A DNA stretch of 58,322 nt. It comes from Rhizobiaceae bacterium (GTDB lineage Bacteria > Pseudomonadota > Alphaproteobacteria > Rhizobiales > Rhizobiaceae). Numbering within the stretch: position 1 is the stretch's first letter; each line of letters begins with the position of its first letter. Shown here one piece after another: positions 58,099 to 58,322 of the stretch. The stretch spans positions 1 through 58,322 of the forward strand of contig JBPCWM010000228.1 in NCBI GenBank assembly GCA_051009515.1, read 5' to 3'. Position numbers and translations under genes: made by a program. The notes beneath the pieces were generated by a model, which was not told where the DNA came from, did no database searches, and saw only the letters and a program-made list of their open reading frames with translations.

Positions 58099-58150
58099 GC
58101 GTCAGCGGCTACAGTTTTTGAGTAAATGTTGCCCGGTGGGGCAGAATGGC

Positions 58151-58176
58151 AGGGCCACCACGCAAGCGGTGGCCCT
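58151..58176. terminator. Stem-loop between convergent genes, probable terminator
   Basis: AGGGCCACC-acgcaagc-GGTGGCCCT, 9-bp stem. Confidence 0.6.
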
Positions 58177-58189
58177 TAAACCTTGTTTG

Positions 58190-58322
58190 TTATTCAATAT
58201 CCTTGGCAGCACCGGCATTGATATCAGCCTCGGCAGCGGCAACCGCAGCTGTCAGCGCATCGAATGCATCAGGACCACCCTTAACATTCGATTTAAACCA
58301 GTAGTAAACAGGTGCTGCGGCT
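58190..58322 (-). CDS. 3' end of a gene running off the window, possibly a TRAP substrate-binding protein (DctP-like)
   Basis: Reads ...AAAPVYYWFKSNVKGGPDAFDALTAAVAAAEADINAGAAKDIE*; 'AA.PVY..F' followed by a terminal helix resembles DctP C-termini. Confidence 0.45.
   Translation of the reverse strand, partial: AAAPVYYWFKSNVKGGPDAFDALTAAVAAAEADINAGAAKDIE

Overview
Gene-dense window from an alphaproteobacterial chromosome; the gene content (gapR-DUF1244-pyk-rpmJ block, PmtA, soxBDAG) points to Rhizobiales, possibly marine. I saw no rRNA, tRNA, CRISPR array, transposase or integrase. The backbone is housekeeping: pccB, pccA and methylmalonyl-CoA mutase interleaved with unrelated genes, moaA, a Uup-like ABC-F, an L,D-transpeptidase, a T1SS ABC+MFP pair, ggt, pyk, rpmJ and sarcosine oxidase. 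Four items stand out. (1) At 52.7-57.6 kb, a co-oriented block looks like a mosaic sulfoquinovose (SQ) pathway: a GH188-like NAD+-dependent sulfoquinovosidase, a fucose-isomerase-fold isomerase and a LacD/YihT-type aldolase. It is headed by a secreted di-haem MauG/bCcP-superfamily protein that appears to carry His at the distal-ligand position. (2) An ArgP/LysG-type regulator is divergent from a stand-alone RtxC/GntB-like membrane di-iron enzyme instead of the usual LysE/ArgO exporter. (3) A tctDE-linked tctCBA operon continues into a split AtuA-like (DUF1446 + DUF4387) enzyme. (4) There is a small secreted Gly-rich CxxC peptide, and a junction where a truncated amidohydrolase and a truncated PKS ketosynthase converge. 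All family calls come from motif recognition only; no database search was run.
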